A stretch of DNA of 64,000 nt from Acidobacteriota bacterium (GTDB lineage: Bacteria > Acidobacteriota > UBA6911): NCBI GenBank assembly GCA_012719455.1, contig JAAYAJ010000002.1:929-64928 (forward strand). The letters are read 5' to 3'. The notes under the pieces are model-generated. The model worked only from the letters and a program-made list of their open reading frames with translations, searched no databases and was not told the DNA's origin. Below are positions 9,299-17,829 of the stretch, in pieces. Each line of letters opens with the position of its first letter. Positions within the stretch are counted from its first letter, which is position 1. Position numbers and translations under genes: made by a program.

Positions 9299-10045
9299 AT
9301 GGAAGTGATCGCCCTCCCCGCCCTGGGGGACAACTACATCTACATGATCTGCGGCGACGAGCCTGACCGGGCGACGGCGGTGGACCCGGGCGACGCCCGG
9401 CCCGTCATCGACTGGCTCCGGAAATCGGGCCGCCGACTCGAGGCGATTCTCGCCACCCACCATCACGCCGACCACACGGGGGGCATCCCGCGCCTGCTGG
9501 AACTCTTCCCCGGCATCGAGGTCTCCGCGGGAGCGGGGGACCGGGGACGGGTTCCGGGCCAGACCCGGTTCCTCTCCGAGGGGAACACCGTTTGCGGCGG
9601 CGCGGGCCGGGTGCTGGACGTTCCCGGGCACACCCGCTCCCACGTCGCCTATTTCTTCGACGACGGTCGCGGGGGCGGAGACCTGTTTTCGGGCGATACC
9701 ATCTTCGGCGGCACCATCGGGAACCTGTTCGAGGGAACCCCCGAGGACATGTTCGCCTCGATGCGCAAGATCCGCGCGCTCCCGGACGGCACCCGCATCT
9801 GGTGCGCCCACGAATACACCCTCGAGTTCGTGCGGGAGGCGGCGCGGGTGGACCCGGAGAACACGCTCCTGCAACGGCGGCTGCGGCGGCTGGAATCAGC
9901 CGCGGGCACGCCCACGGTGCCGCTGACGCTCGCGGAGGAGCGGGCCACGAACCCCTTTCTCCGCTGGGACGATCCTGAGCTTACGGCCCGTTTCGGGACC
10001 ACTCCGGGGATCGCGACCTTCCGCCACCTGTGCGCCGTCGCCTGA
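9299..10045 (+). CDS. gloB: Hydroxyacylglutathione hydrolase (glyoxalase II, metallo-beta-lactamase fold).
   Basis: MEVIALPALGDNYIYMI...ATHHHADHTGG (THxHxDH). RBS-like aggagaagagaa upstream. Start chosen at internal M18 of ORF 9248..10045. Confidence 0.8.
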   Translation: MEVIALPALGDNYIYMICGDEPDRATAVDPGDARPVIDWLRKSGRRLEAILATHHHADHTGGIPRLLELFPGIEVSAGAGDRGRVPGQTRFLSEGNTVCGGAGRVLDVPGHTRSHVAYFFDDGRGGGDLFSGDTIFGGTIGNLFEGTPEDMFASMRKIRALPDGTRIWCAHEYTLEFVREAARVDPENTLLQRRLRRLESAAGTPTVPLTLAEERATNPFLRWDDPELTARFGTTPGIATFRHLCAVA

Positions 10046-10108
10046 CGGCCGAATCCTTTTGGGGATGGCGGGATCATCCGCCGGGGTTCGATCAGGCGAC
10101 GTCCGTGG

Positions 10109-10139
10109 CCCGGCCGGGAAGGAACGCTTCCCGGCCGGG
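10109..10139 (+). terminator. Perfect 13-bp GC-rich hairpin downstream of gloB. Candidate intrinsic terminator or attenuator with no U-tract.
   Basis: CCCGGCCGGGAAG gaacg CTTCCCGGCCGGG, 64 nt after the gloB stop. Confidence 0.3.
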
Positions 10140-10363
10140 ATGGATGGGAGCGAAAGCAGGAGGAGGAACGGGGCGATTATACCCCCGCCTTGCATTTCGG
10201 GAGAGCGGGGTTCAAAAAATCGCCAACCGGGAATGATTGACTTTGCCCAAGCTATATCCTAACCTTCCGGAAGCGGCGCTGAGAAGGAGAGCTGTTTCTG
10301 AAAGCGCCGCTCACGCGCGCCGCCCCGGCCCGGGCGGAAAGCCGAGTTTGACAAGGGAGACCC

Positions 10364-11308
10364 ATGGATAGACGCAGATTCCTCGGAATGGCCGGATTGG
10401 CTTGCGGCGGCGCAGCGCTCGCCGGGTGCGGAAAAGGCCCCGGCCCGGGCGACCCCGGATCGGGAGGGACGCCCCCCCAGGGACGCGGCTCGCTTACGGC
10501 GGGTAGGGGAAGAGGGGAGGTGTACGTGGGGAAGGCGGCCGACCCCACGAGCGCCCTCCGGTCGGCGCTGGCCGCGGCCGGGGGCCTTGCCTTCATCCGG
10601 CCCGGAAGCCGCGTCGTGCTCAAGCCGAACGCCGCCTGGTCCCGCACCCCGGCGCAGGCGGCCAACACCGACCCCAGGCTGCTCACCGCCATGATCCAGC
10701 TGTGCCGGGAGGCGGGGGCGGGGAAAATCACCGTCTTCGAGCATACGATCGACCGCCCGGCGGCGCAGGTGCTCGCCGTTTCCGGCATCGCGGCCGCCGC
10801 GCGCCAGGAGGGGGCCGAGCTGATCTACGGCGCCACCGAGGGGGATTTCGCCCCGATCATGGTGCCCCGGGGCAAGATGATGAAGCAGGACACGCTGGCG
10901 CGCGCGGTGCTGGAGGCCGACGTCTTCATCAACATGCCCAAGGCCAAGCACCATTCCCAGACGCAGCTGACGCTCGGGCTGAAGAATCTCATGGGGGTCA
11001 ATTTCAACCGCCAGGCATGGCACTCGGGTCCCGACCTGGCCCAGTACATCGCCGACTACGCCAGCGCCGTGGCCGTCGACCTCACCGTCATGGACGCGTC
11101 CCGCATCCTGGTCACCAACGGGCCGAAGGGGCCCGGCACGATACGTGAGCCGGAGGAAGTGATCGTGTCCTTCGACCCGGTCGCCGCGGACGCCTACGCC
11201 TGCCGCCTGTTCGACCTGGAGCCGTCGTCGGTCGCCTATATCGGGAAAGCGGTGGAACTGGGCCTGGGAGAAGGCAATCCCTCGAACATCGTCGTCAAGC
11301 GGGCCTGA
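10364..11308 (+). CDS. DUF362-domain protein with a Tat signal and lipobox (predicted exported lipoprotein).
   Basis: MDRRRFLGMAGLACGGAALAGCGKGP has twin-arginine RRRFLG followed by LAGC. The body (VVLKPNAAW...VFINMPKAKHH) resembles DUF362. Confidence 0.7.
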   Translation: MDRRRFLGMAGLACGGAALAGCGKGPGPGDPGSGGTPPQGRGSLTAGRGRGEVYVGKAADPTSALRSALAAAGGLAFIRPGSRVVLKPNAAWSRTPAQAANTDPRLLTAMIQLCREAGAGKITVFEHTIDRPAAQVLAVSGIAAAARQEGAELIYGATEGDFAPIMVPRGKMMKQDTLARAVLEADVFINMPKAKHHSQTQLTLGLKNLMGVNFNRQAWHSGPDLAQYIADYASAVAVDLTVMDASRILVTNGPKGPGTIREPEEVIVSFDPVAADAYACRLFDLEPSSVAYIGKAVELGLGEGNPSNIVVKRA

Positions 11309-11332
11309 TCCCCCGCCACCGGAACCGACTAT

Positions 11333-12943
11333 ATGAAAACCGTGCGCAGGACCAGCCAGATCTTTTTCCTCCTCCTCTTTCTCGTGCTCTTCTTCCAGAC
11401 CGCACACCACATCGACTGGGCGGACGGCGGGATGAGCGTATCGGCCTTCCTCCCCGCCGATTTCTTCCTGCGCATCGACCCGCTGCTCGGCTGGACCGCC
11501 ATTGTCGCATCGAGAAGCTTTCCCCTTGCGGTCGCGCTCTGGACCGTGCCCGTGCTCCTTTTAACCCTTCTCTTCGGCCGGGCCTTCTGCGGTTGGGTCT
11601 GTCCGCTCGGGACCTTGGTCGACTGCGCGGACCGCGCCGTGCGCCCGAAGCGGGAGCGCCGCACCAAGCTGGAGCGTTCCCGGCCCCGGCTGAAGTATTA
11701 CGTGCTCGGGGCGGTGGCCGCGAGCGCCCTGCTGGGATCCCAGCTGGTCTGGCTGCTTGACCCGATCGCCCTCACCTTCCGGAGCCTGACGCTCGGGTTC
11801 TTCGCCCCCCTGCAACGGGCGATCCAGTGGCTTCCGGGAACGGGCCGGCTCCAATCGTGGGGGATCTTTCCCGACCAGCAGGCGGCGTACGGAAGCGGGT
11901 TCGCCGCGGCGCTCCTGCTGGGGGCCATCCTTGCCGGCGGGTTCCTCTCCCGCCGGTTCTGGTGCCGCAGCCTCTGCCCGCTGGGGGCGCTGCTGGGCCT
12001 CATCGCCCGCGTCCCCTTCTTCCGCCGCAGGGTCGGAAGCGCGTGCAACGAATGCACCCTCTGCCGGCTCGAATGCAAGATGGACGCGATCGGGGAAAAG
12101 GGGAAGCGCACCTCCACGGCCGAATGCATCCAATGCCAATCCTGCGCCGAACTGTGCCCGCAGGAGGCGATCCGCATGTCCCCCGGGAGACCGGAACCGG
12201 GCCCCAAGCTCAACCTCGACCGGAGGCGCCTCCTCGCCGGCGTCGGCGTGGGCACCGCCTGGGGACTGGGCGCGGCTTCGGCCCTGGCCCGGCGCCCCAC
12301 GCGCGACGGCGAAAGCCGCATCACCGGCAAACGCCTCATCCGCCCCCCCGGGTCGGTCGCCGAGGAGCTCTTCACCGAGCGCTGCGTCCGCTGCGGCGCC
12401 TGCATGAAGGTATGCCCGACCAACGGCTTGCAGCCGGCGATCGTCGAAGGGGGCCTGGGCGCGATCTGGACTCCCGTGTTGACGCCCAGGGTGGGGGAAT
12501 GCAGCCAGAACTGCAACCTGTGCGGCGAGGTGTGCCCCACGGACGCCATCGAACCCTTCACCATCCCCGAAAAGGAGCACCTGTTCATCGGGCGCGCCGT
12601 CATCAACCGCTCTTCGTGCGTCGTCTGGGAATCTGGCAAACAGTGTCTCGTCTGCGACGAGGTGTGCTCCTACAGCGCCATCTACTGGCTGGACAAAAAC
12701 GGCTCCGCCGTCCCGTACCCGGCCGACGGGGGCGATGCCGAACCGCTCCAGGGGTTCCCCTACGTGGATCCCGCCCGCTGCGTGGGTTGCGGCATCTGTG
12801 AGTACAACTGCCCCGCCGGCGGCCCCGACGCCGCCATCCGCGTGACGCGCGACGGGGACAAGCGGCACCTGTCCCGCGCGGAACAGGAGGCGTGGCAGGC
12901 GGCCAACTGGACCGAGCGCGAGGGAAAACCTTCCCTCCGTTAG
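11333..12943 (+). CDS. Membrane-bound polyferredoxin (NapH/MauN-type 4Fe-4S binding protein).
   Basis: N-terminal TM helices carry a CGWVCPLG motif. Several CxxCxxCxxxCP ferredoxin motifs follow: CNECTLCRLEC, CIQCQSCAELCP, CVRCGACMKVCP, CNLCGEVCP, CVGCGICEYNCP. Confidence 0.7.
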   Translation: MKTVRRTSQIFFLLLFLVLFFQTAHHIDWADGGMSVSAFLPADFFLRIDPLLGWTAIVASRSFPLAVALWTVPVLLLTLLFGRAFCGWVCPLGTLVDCADRAVRPKRERRTKLERSRPRLKYYVLGAVAASALLGSQLVWLLDPIALTFRSLTLGFFAPLQRAIQWLPGTGRLQSWGIFPDQQAAYGSGFAAALLLGAILAGGFLSRRFWCRSLCPLGALLGLIARVPFFRRRVGSACNECTLCRLECKMDAIGEKGKRTSTAECIQCQSCAELCPQEAIRMSPGRPEPGPKLNLDRRRLLAGVGVGTAWGLGAASALARRPTRDGESRITGKRLIRPPGSVAEELFTERCVRCGACMKVCPTNGLQPAIVEGGLGAIWTPVLTPRVGECSQNCNLCGEVCPTDAIEPFTIPEKEHLFIGRAVINRSSCVVWESGKQCLVCDEVCSYSAIYWLDKNGSAVPYPADGGDAEPLQGFPYVDPARCVGCGICEYNCPAGGPDAAIRVTRDGDKRHLSRAEQEAWQAANWTEREGKPSLR

Positions 12944-13008
12944 GAGCCTGTCCCCCGCCCAGTGCTTTTCTGCTATAGTTCGGGCGCACGCATGCAAAAG
13001 GAGTGGGT

Positions 13009-14514
13009 ATGTCCGGCATTTTCGGCGCAGCATCCAGGAAGGGGAACTGCATTCAATCCCTCTATTACGGCCTCGACTATCACAGCCACCTCGGCACCGA
13101 TTACGCCGGGATGGCCGTCTACCGCGACCGGGGGATCGAGCGCAAGATTCACGACATCCGCGGGGAGAACTTCCGGCCGAAGTTCCGGCACGCTTACGAA
13201 AAGATGAGCGGCCCCTACGGCATCGGCGTGATCGGCTACGACATCCAGCCGGTGGTGCTCTCCTCGCGTCTCGGCGTCTTTTCCGTGGTGATGAACGGCT
13301 ATATCCATAACCTCGACGCGATCATCGCCCGGCTCCAGTCCGAGGGGTCGACGTTTGCCGAGATCCAGCCCGATTCCACCATCAGCCCCGCCGAGGTGGT
13401 CGCCGAAATCATCAGCCGGGCCGACAGCCTCGAAGCAGGAATCCTCTCCGTCTTCGCCCTGATCGAAGGCTCGGTCTCGCTGCTCGTGATGACCAAGGAC
13501 GGCGTGTACGCCGCGCGCGACCGCGAGGGGCATTCGACCCTGGTCATCGGAGAGAACGGCGACGGGTTCGCCGTGACCACCGAGACCACGGCTTTCCCCA
13601 ACCTGGGGTACCGGACCATCGCCGAACTCGCCCCGGGCGACATCTTCCTGATCTCGGGGCAGGGGATCTCCCGGCGTTGCGGGGCCGACCCGCGCCTGGG
13701 CCGACCCTGCGCCTTTCTCTGGATCTACACCAGCTTCCCCGCCAGTTCCATCGAGGGGATCAACGTGGAACAGGCGCGTTACCGCAGCGGGGCGCTGCTG
13801 GCGCGGCGCGACCGGGCCGCAGGCTTCACGGCCGACATCGTTTCCGGGGTTCCCGACAGCGGCGTGGGACACGCCATCGGCTACGCCAACGAGTCGGGAA
13901 TCCCTTACGCCCGCCCGCTGGTCAAGTACACCCCCTCCTGGCCCCGGAGCTACATGCCCTCGGTGCAGACGACGCGTGACCTGATCGCCAGCATGAAGTT
14001 GATTGCGATTCCCGAGATCATCCGGGACAAGCGCATCGTCCTCTGCGACGATTCGATCGTGCGCGGCACCCAGATCCGGAGGATGGTCAAGGAAAAACTC
14101 CTGGTCAACGGCGCCCGCGAGGTGCACATCCGGATCGCCTGCCCGCCGCTCCTGTTCCCCTGCATCTACAACGAGTCTACGCGCACGACCCGGGAACTGG
14201 CCGCGCGCAAGGCGATCCGCATCCTGGAAGGGAGCGACATCCCCGACATCTCCGGCTACCTTGCGACCGGATCGGCCCCTTACCGCAGGATGGTCGCCGC
14301 GATCGCACAGGGAATAGGGGCCCATTCCCTGCTGTACCAGGATCTCGAGGACATGGCCGAGGCCATCGGACGGCCCTTGGAAGGGGTCTGCACCTACTGC
14401 TGGACCGGGCTGTCAGGGGAGCGCCGCGAACACCCGGTAGGAATGGGGCTTGATCTCGACCGGAACCATCGTGCGCCTCACCCCCCCCACACCGAAGGGC
14501 CCGAAGCCGCCTGA
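13009..14514 (+). CDS. Amidophosphoribosyltransferase-family protein (PurF paralogue) with Ser in place of the N-terminal catalytic Cys.
   Basis: PRPP-binding RIVLCDDSIVRGTQI and FeS-ligand-like CPPLLFPCIY...CTYCWTG motifs are present. The N-terminus is MSGIFG instead of the canonical MCGI. Confidence 0.8.
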   Translation: MSGIFGAASRKGNCIQSLYYGLDYHSHLGTDYAGMAVYRDRGIERKIHDIRGENFRPKFRHAYEKMSGPYGIGVIGYDIQPVVLSSRLGVFSVVMNGYIHNLDAIIARLQSEGSTFAEIQPDSTISPAEVVAEIISRADSLEAGILSVFALIEGSVSLLVMTKDGVYAARDREGHSTLVIGENGDGFAVTTETTAFPNLGYRTIAELAPGDIFLISGQGISRRCGADPRLGRPCAFLWIYTSFPASSIEGINVEQARYRSGALLARRDRAAGFTADIVSGVPDSGVGHAIGYANESGIPYARPLVKYTPSWPRSYMPSVQTTRDLIASMKLIAIPEIIRDKRIVLCDDSIVRGTQIRRMVKEKLLVNGAREVHIRIACPPLLFPCIYNESTRTTRELAARKAIRILEGSDIPDISGYLATGSAPYRRMVAAIAQGIGAHSLLYQDLEDMAEAIGRPLEGVCTYCWTGLSGERREHPVGMGLDLDRNHRAPHPPHTEGPEAA

Positions 14515-16311
14515 AGTTCCCTCCTTGCCCGCCAGGGTCTCCCCGGTGGTCAGCTCCCGCACCCCCGTGTAGCGGGAATCGAGTGACAGCGTGACGGCGA
14601 CCGGTTCGGGCCGGAACGACTCCACGATGAAGGTGCCGTTGTCGTAGACGAAGAGGGCCACGTCGCCCGGCGCCTCCACCCGCACTTCCATCTCCCTGAG
14701 CAGGACGTTGCGGATCTGCGTGAGCACCCCGGGCGGGAAGCTGTATAGGTCGCTGAAGTTGTCCGGGATCACCAGGACGTACAGGGTCCCCCCGCCGTAG
14801 GCGGCCTGGACCAGGAGCGGGTACCCGAGGTCGTTTTGGGTCATGGCGCTGGCCAGTTCCCAGGCGTCGTTGGTGAGGTATTGGATCTGCGGGATGAGGA
14901 TGGAAAGACCGGGGGGGAGATCGGGCTGGCCGCGGAAATTCTTGATGACGGCCCTCCGCCCGGTGTCGCGGATCTCGGCAATGTGCCTGATCCCCTTCCC
15001 CTCGAGCGCCCGCAGCAGCCCCGAGGTGATGGTCACCGATTTTCCCGCCCTCAGCTGGCGTTCGATCTTGGCCACAATCCCGGGATCGAAGGCGGCCGAC
15101 TCCGTCAGCAGCACCATGGGCGCGTCTTCGGGAAACCGGGGGAGAAGGTCGATCGGGATGCCGATCATCCCCAGGTAGTTGTGCAGGAAATCCTCGCCGG
15201 TGGAATGAAAAGGCTTGTAGCTGGGAAGCCCGACGGGACGGCCGAGTTCGTGGAGGAACCGGTCCACCTCCTCGAGCGTGTAACCCGCCGCGCGCGCGAA
15301 CGTGACCGGCGGTTTTCCTTCCCCCCCCGACGCGGCGACCGAGGCGGTCATGGCGTCGAAATCGAAGCTGGGCCCGTACTCCTGCCATGGCGCCCGGTCG
15401 GTGGGGCGGATCGGGCGCTCGAGCTGGAGGAAATCGAAGAGGGTGATCTCCGGCGCCCGGGCGAACAGGGTGAGCCAGATCTGTTCGGCATAGCGGTCGG
15501 GGTAGCGCCCCCCGTAGGTGTCGACCCAGCCGCCGCCGTTGTGCCCGGGACGCAGGTTCTCGAAGTATCGGAAGATCGAATAGCCGAGGTATTCCTGCAG
15601 GTGCTGGTCCCCGGTCCGGTCGCGCGTCTCCGTGCCGGTGTAGACGCCGTCAAAGAGCAGCGGCCCCCGCTCGAGGTCGAAGCCGAGCCCCTGGAAGTGC
15701 TCGTACCAGTTCGGGTACTTGATCACCATGCGGACCCGGGGATTCACCCGTTTCGCCGGCCCGATGACCAGGTTGCGGGCGGCTTCGTCCATCAGACCGA
15801 GGCGGAAATCGGTCCAGCTCTTCTCCCCCTTCGCCCGGATGCAGCGCTCGCACTTGCAGTTGGTGAAAAAGAAGTCGTCGAGGATGATTTCGTCGAACAG
15901 GCCGGCCGTGAACTCGACCACCTGCCGGACCTTGTCCCGGTGCTCGGGGTTACTGTAGCAGTAGGTCTCGAAGCGGTTGCTCTCGTCGACCGTCAGGGTG
16001 ATGCCGCCCGCGACCTCGAGCCCCCGTTTCCGGAAAAATTCCGCGGCGTTTTTCACCGTCTCCGCATCCGCGACGATCGTGTCCCGGTGCGTTTCCAGGT
16101 AAATCTTGTCGACCTTCACCTGGCGCGCGATCGCGTCCCAGTGGGCCTGCAGCCATTCGGGATCGGCCATCCGCCGCACCTCGTAGACGCGGGCGTAGAC
16201 GGAAACGGCGAAATTGCGGTAGTGCCCCGGGGCCGGGAGGGCGTCCGGGAGTGAGGAGAAGATGGCCGCGACAGAGATCAGCACGGCGCGGAGCAATGAG
16301 GACCGTCGCAT
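14413..16311 (-). CDS. Secreted protein, putative glycoside-hydrolase-like TIM-barrel family (GHL/DUF4015-like).
   Basis: Signal peptide MRRSSLLRAVLISVAAIFSSLPDALPA; 632 aa. Motifs include DDFFFTNCKCERC. Family assignment is tentative. Confidence 0.45.
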   Translation of the reverse strand: MRRSSLLRAVLISVAAIFSSLPDALPAPGHYRNFAVSVYARVYEVRRMADPEWLQAHWDAIARQVKVDKIYLETHRDTIVADAETVKNAAEFFRKRGLEVAGGITLTVDESNRFETYCYSNPEHRDKVRQVVEFTAGLFDEIILDDFFFTNCKCERCIRAKGEKSWTDFRLGLMDEAARNLVIGPAKRVNPRVRMVIKYPNWYEHFQGLGFDLERGPLLFDGVYTGTETRDRTGDQHLQEYLGYSIFRYFENLRPGHNGGGWVDTYGGRYPDRYAEQIWLTLFARAPEITLFDFLQLERPIRPTDRAPWQEYGPSFDFDAMTASVAASGGEGKPPVTFARAAGYTLEEVDRFLHELGRPVGLPSYKPFHSTGEDFLHNYLGMIGIPIDLLPRFPEDAPMVLLTESAAFDPGIVAKIERQLRAGKSVTITSGLLRALEGKGIRHIAEIRDTGRRAVIKNFRGQPDLPPGLSILIPQIQYLTNDAWELASAMTQNDLGYPLLVQAAYGGGTLYVLVIPDNFSDLYSFPPGVLTQIRNVLLREMEVRVEAPGDVALFVYDNGTFIVESFRPEPVAVTLSLDSRYTGVRELTTGETLAGKEGTSGGFGPFGVGGVRRTMVPVEIKPHSYRVFAALP

Positions 16312-16396
16312 CAGGCGTGCCCCGCCGGGGTAGATGGAGCGAGCCCCTGGCCCTGCCCCATCCATCCCGGCCGGATTCATTTCGGACTATATCGGA

Positions 16397-16954
16397 CTAT
16401 TTGCTGCCGAAATGAAACACCACGCCCGTGGAGAAGCGCAGGTTGTCGGTCCATCCGAAATCAGTCCGGGTGGTCAGGTAATCGAGCTGGATCGCACGCA
16501 CGGACACCTTGTCGTTGACCTTGACATCCACCCCGCCGCCGAACGCCATGGCGAGATTGTTCTGTATGAGATCCATCTCTTCGGGGTTGACGTGGTTGAT
16601 CCCGAAGAGCGCGTGGAGGAAGGGCGTGACTTTTTCAGTCCTTATCTTGTAGCGCGGTCCGAACAGGAAGTTGTGCGACTTGACATCGTACCACGGATAG
16701 ACGCCCGAGCCCGTGACAACGGGACCGTCCAGGTACCCGTAGTGGCCGGTGAAATCCATGACGGCGCTCCATCTTTCGGTAGCGTTGAAATCAACCGCAA
16801 CGTTCCACCCGTTCAGGTTGCAGGAAATGTCCTCCCCCGCATCACAGCGGTAAAAGGAATACCCCCCGAACACGTCTGCGACCGGGACATCCTGCGCCAC
16901 TGCCATTCCCGCAAAGCCCAACAACAAAATCACTGCAAACCCAAGCTTTTTCAT
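16397..16954 (-). CDS. Outer-membrane beta-barrel protein (OmpW/OmpA-like small porin family).
   Basis: Signal peptide MKKLGFAVILLLGFAGMAVAQ. Alternating hydrophobic beta-strand pattern, C-terminal ...GVVFHFGSK. Start at internal M28 of ORF 16397..17035. Confidence 0.6.
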   Translation of the reverse strand: MKKLGFAVILLLGFAGMAVAQDVPVADVFGGYSFYRCDAGEDISCNLNGWNVAVDFNATERWSAVMDFTGHYGYLDGPVVTGSGVYPWYDVKSHNFLFGPRYKIRTEKVTPFLHALFGINHVNPEEMDLIQNNLAMAFGGGVDVKVNDKVSVRAIQLDYLTTRTDFGWTDNLRFSTGVVFHFGSK

Positions 16955-17232
16955 CAGTCGTACCTCTTCAAGTGTAGTTATGTTTGTGTGACTGCGATCT
17001 TTTTCAGTGTGCGCGCCTTCCAAACCAAAAGTCAAATCCTATTATCCGAAGAGTTCGTTGTCGCTTCTCGTCCAAGACGGCTAAATATTATCTAAACACA
17101 GCTTTTATTGTCAACAGATATTGAAGATATCCCGAAACATGGTTTTCCGCCGCGTCGGTGGGAATCTTTGACTTGGCGGCAGGAAGCATCTAACATGCCC
17201 CTGTCTGGAACCTGATTCGGGAGATCGCGCCC

Positions 17233-17640
17233 ATGCCCCGGGACGAAAAGGAAAAAACCAAACCCGGCGACGGGAAACCATCTCTTTCACGCAGGGAGTT
17301 CGCCCTCGCCTCGCTGGCCGTGCTGGGGGCTCAACCGCTCTCCACGGCCGAGGATCCGCCGCCGCTGTCGGATGAGGCGCGGGCGATGAAGCTGGTCCTG
17401 GACGAAGGGGTGCGGGAGCGGCTCGAGGAGCGCCACATCACCGAGGAGGACATGCGGCGCGTCCTCTGCCACGCGGAGCAATCGGGCGAAAAACTGTGCC
17501 GCCCCCAGGGGGGGCGATTCCTGGCCAAGCTCCGCATGGCCGAGACCTACTTTTACGTCGAATACGAGCCCCGGGATGGTGCTTTCCGCGTCCGGACGGC
17601 CTACGCGCACCGACTGCTGCTCGAAGGAGACCCCGGATGA
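17233..17640 (+). CDS. Small hypothetical protein; N-terminal Tat-like segment plus a DUF4258-like C-terminal half.
   Basis: SRREFALASLAVLGAQPLSTA resembles a twin-arginine signal. C-terminal ...HITEEDMRRVLCHAEQSGE...YFYVEYEPRDGAFRVRTAY resembles small toxin-like DUF4258 proteins. First gene of a four-gene operon. Confidence 0.45.
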   Translation: MPRDEKEKTKPGDGKPSLSRREFALASLAVLGAQPLSTAEDPPPLSDEARAMKLVLDEGVRERLEERHITEEDMRRVLCHAEQSGEKLCRPQGGRFLAKLRMAETYFYVEYEPRDGAFRVRTAYAHRLLLEGDPG

Positions 17641-17822
17641 CTGATTGGTTCTGCTGCAAGGACAAGGTCGCCATGGAGGAAAAGGAGCTGCTCGTCAGCT
17701 ACATGCTGCTGCGCCAGTTCGTCCCCGGGATGAAGTGCCCCGTCTGCGGCGTGGAGTACCTCACCGAGGAGGTGGTGACCACCATCGTCAACGAGGCTGA
17801 AGACGCCCTCGAACAGAAATAG
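17637..17822 (+). CDS. YgiT/MqsA-type zinc-finger small protein (61 aa).
   Basis: MTDWFCCKDK...GMKCPVCGVEYLTEEV carries CxxC...CPVCG motifs. ATGA overlap with the preceding gene. Start at internal M48 of ORF 17496..17822. Confidence 0.45.
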   Translation: MTDWFCCKDKVAMEEKELLVSYMLLRQFVPGMKCPVCGVEYLTEEVVTTIVNEAEDALEQK

Positions 17823-17829
17823 GACCCGC

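Noticed and set aside
10081-10096. GGGGTTCGATC string resembling a tRNA T-loop.
   Set aside because: There is no acceptor stem, anticodon arm or CCA context. It is an isolated match in intergenic DNA.
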